A stretch of 64,000 bases of DNA from NCBI RefSeq assembly GCF_009914755.1, contig NC_060940.1, one strand, 5' to 3'. Within the stretch, counting starts at the first letter, position 1. Every line of letters starts with the position of its first letter. The position numbers and the translations under genes are program-made. This document shows, piece after piece, positions 60,397-64,000 of this stretch. The notes beneath the pieces are model-generated. The model saw nothing but the letters and a program-made list of their open reading frames with translations, made no database searches and had not been told where the DNA came from. The DNA comes from the human T2T-CHM13v2.0 reference genome, Homo sapiens.

Positions 60397-63300
60397 ACTA
60401 CAATGCTGAAAAATACTTTAGCAAAGACCTTGGTCAAGGGGAGAAAAAGGGTTATTATCCATGAAGACATTTTAAATGCCTCAAGGTCATCAAGTAATTC
60501 AGGCTGACTCTTCTCTTGGAGGAGATGCTTTTTTTTTTTTTTTTTTTTTTTTTGGTGAAAAGGAGCTGGAAACTACCTCTTTCTTGAGATTTGCCTTCAT
60601 GCCCCAGGCTGACTTCAGCCACCTCCCACCGCTTTGTCCCTTATCAGATGTCTTACTTTATTACAGTGTTCCTCCCAAATACATTCTGAGTTCCTCTAGG
60701 GCAGGAACTGGTTTTATAATGGCAATGCCAACTAAGGGAGTTTAAACACTCACTAAGGGCTTTATCTTATCTTCACTTCACAACCCTATGAGTTATGCGC
60801 TACACTCTCCTCATTTTATATAGAAAGAAAGAGGCTTAGAAAAGCACAGGAATGTGTCCATCGTCTAAGTGGCAGAGCCTAGATGTTAACTTTGTTCTCT
60901 ATGCCTACTGACCCTTATTCTTGACCCCTGTCTTATGTTGTATCCTGAGTCTTATTCATATTTTAACCCTAAAACCCACTAGTGTTGGGAAGAAAGTAGT
61001 TGGTCAATAAATGTTTGTTGAATGCATGTATACGAAGAAGGATTGAGAGAGGAAGGAAAGATTAGTAAAAGGGTAGATAAAAGAAAGAGTGCCAGGTGGC
61101 TAGATTGATTGATTGATAGATTAAAAAGAATGGGTGGATAGACAGATGCATGGATGGAACACCCTGAAATACACAGTAGGGGCATAAGATATGTGAGGGA
61201 GCCCAAGTCACACTTAGTAGAGAACTAATAGTCTCCAGTGTGTCCCTTTTTTCCTTCCCCCAACCACTTATGCAGCTAGAGAGCAGCAGAGCATTGGAGC
61301 CTGTTCTGCCTGACTCAGCAGCTCACACTCAGCCCCTCTGGTAGAATTCTGGAGAGTATCCCCCGCATCCAAGAGGCCTTCTCTAAAAGTGGAGCTTCCT
61401 TGAAAAAATCTTGGAGCAATGGGATTCTTGTAGTCAGATTGGGGAGGGTCGTGTTTTGGGATACGTGGAGAAAAGGATTCAGTCAGCTTGGGATGGATAC
61501 AGAGACTGGGTCTCGTTCTCGGGGGAGGAAGCTGGCAAGTGTTAAGTAACTCAGAGATGACAAACTGACTATTTGAGAGTGAATAGCTAGGTAACCTTAG
61601 GCAAGTTAGTTTATCTAATTGAGCCTCTGTTTCAAAATGAGGGTATTATTGCAACCAGCTTACAAAGGTATTTCAAGAATTAAATGAAATAGTATATGTA
61701 TAAAAGAGCCTGATATGAATTCTCAACACGTAGTGCTGGTATTGTTATTATTCCTAGTGAAAGGTCCTTGGATTTGGAACAGAAATTAAATGGCCTATCC
61801 ACAGCCACAGAGCTAGATAGTAACTCAAACACTGGTTGAGTCTTAAGTCAGGTAATTACTAGCTTGTCATGTGGTTGTGGATAGGCCATTTAACTTCTCA
61901 TTCTTCTTTCTCCCTTTTTTTTTCATTCATCACATAGGTACTGTTCTAAGTGTGAGGCTCTCTGCTAGCTGGGGAGAGTGTTATGAATATGCCTTGGCCT
62001 TTGCCAGGAGGAGTTCACAATCCAGTAGAGGAGACAGACATAACAGATGCAACATACTGAGTGAAAAAAAGCTAATGAGTGTAATAGCAAACCAGTTAGC
62101 ACCTTGGAGTCGGACAGAGAGGAGTTCACTTCCTGGCTCCATCTCTTACTACCTTACTGGCCTAAGCAAATCATTTAACTTTTAGGTCTCAGAGTCTGTC
62201 TTCCTTAGTAAATTGGGGACCAAGATAATAGAACATGCCTCACAGGGCTGTTTCTAACTCTTCCTGAAACAAATACACATCAAGTCCTAAGCATTGTGCC
62301 TGGCACGTGTAAAGCACAGTTCTAGAGCTTTTTGGATCTTATGGTATAATGAGGACATTAATCCCCATCCTGCCTGCATATGTCCCATGGATGTTTAAGA
62401 ATGAAGTAATACAAGTGAATGGGACTTTTAAGATGTGATATAAAATACCAGTTTTACCATTCTACATTTCTGTACAAGAAGACATGGCACAGAAATTGCT
62501 CAGCATTCACTGTTACGCCTAAGCTGGTCATGTAATAAATATTTGATGATGTACAATTATGAAAAGATAGATTCTGTCCTATTCTTCCTCTTGTCTAGTG
62601 GAGCTCTGTTTCCAGAGAATTCCGCAGCCAAGAGAGAAGAGAGCAGAAGCAGGGATTGGGAGAGCAGCTTCCAGCAGATGAGATTAGAATGGAAATAGCA
62701 GGTGACTGCATGTAATTTATTTTCTAGACAGCTGCTTCAACTTCATGCTTGTCTCCTTATGCCAATTCCACCAGTCACTGTTTGCTGTCCTAAGCACAGG
62801 TGTGGGGAATGAGAGTGAAGGCGAGAAGGGAAGTCTGAAGCCATGTGGGGAGGATCTTCAGAGGATGAAGCTCTCCTGCAAAGGCTAGGGGGGTTGGTGA
62901 TGGGTAGGAGCAATGCTGGAATCCACCAGGGTAGAGCTGTCATTACTTGCCTTGACTCTGCTTGCAGCTTATATGGATTCCATCTGTTCCTGCATTTCAT
63001 TCATTCAATAAACATCTTTACGGGGATCCATTATGGGCTCAGCACTGTGCTAGGCACTGCATGCACATAAATGGATGAATGAGGCATCATCTCTGTCTTC
63101 CAAGAGCTTGTCCCAAAAGCAGGGGTCCCAAGTTTAAATGCCTATAGAGACTATGTTAGAGTAAAATTAGTTGCTATAATAAACAAAACCCAACGTTTCA
63201 GTGGTTTTAACACAGTACGAATGTTTTACTTGACAATGAAACGGTCCAATATGTGTGTTCCTGGTTGACAGAGGGCAGGTGGGAGGATCTCTACTCCATG

Positions 63301-63415
63301 CAATCATTCAGGAATCCAGGCTCAAGAAGGTTTTTCCATGTTCTAGGGTTGCCCTGGGCATCAATATTCAGCTGACAGACAAAGGAAGAGAGGGAGGACC
63401 TTTCATGGAAGTGTC

Positions 63416-63728
63416 TTTTTGTTGTTGTTTTGTTTTGTTTTGTTTTTTGAGATGAAGTCTCACTCTGTCACCCAGGCTGGAGTGCAGTGGAGGGATCTCA
63501 GCTCACTGCAACCTCCGCCTTCCGGGTTAAAGTGATTCTTCTGCTTCAATCTCCCAAGTAGCTGGGACTATAGGTGCGTGCCACCATGCGCAGCTAATTT
63601 TTTGTATTTTTAGTAGAGACGGAGTTTCACCGTATTAGCCAGGATGGTCTCAATCTCCTGACCTCGTGATCCATCCGCCTCGGCCTCCCAAAGTGCTGGG
63701 ATTACAGGCGTGAGCCACCGCACCCAGC
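63416..63728 (-). mobile_element. Alu (Sc/Y-like)
   Basis: Antisense dimer with TSD catggaagt. Confidence 0.9.
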
Positions 63729-63752
63729 CACATGGAAGTTTTTTTTATGAGA

Positions 63753-64000
<248 letters not shown>

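Overview
Primate (human-like) genomic DNA containing the 5' end of GPR139, an orphan/aromatic-amino-acid class A GPCR gene on the minus strand. Coding exon 1 (ATG at 40550, splice donor after 40424) lies in a CpG-island promoter. Positions 1-40423 are its long first intron, and exon 2 is not in the window. Positions above about 41000 are upstream intergenic DNA. The rest is mostly interspersed repeats (Alu, L1, L2, MIR, MaLR LTRs, MER/MADE1 DNA transposons) and microsatellites. The other ORFs are Alu-derived, simple-repeat, GC-rich chance ORFs or one decayed L1 ORF2 fragment. I see no convincing new gene system. The most notable observations are an Alu tail turned into about 51 perfect (GAGAG) units, an internally deleted MADE1 forming a perfect 24-bp hairpin, several short local copy events 0.8-1.8 kb apart, a twin-primed L1 inversion, a strong CTCF-like motif and G-quadruplex motifs around exon 1. 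Repeat boundaries and subfamily names were assigned by eye and are approximate.
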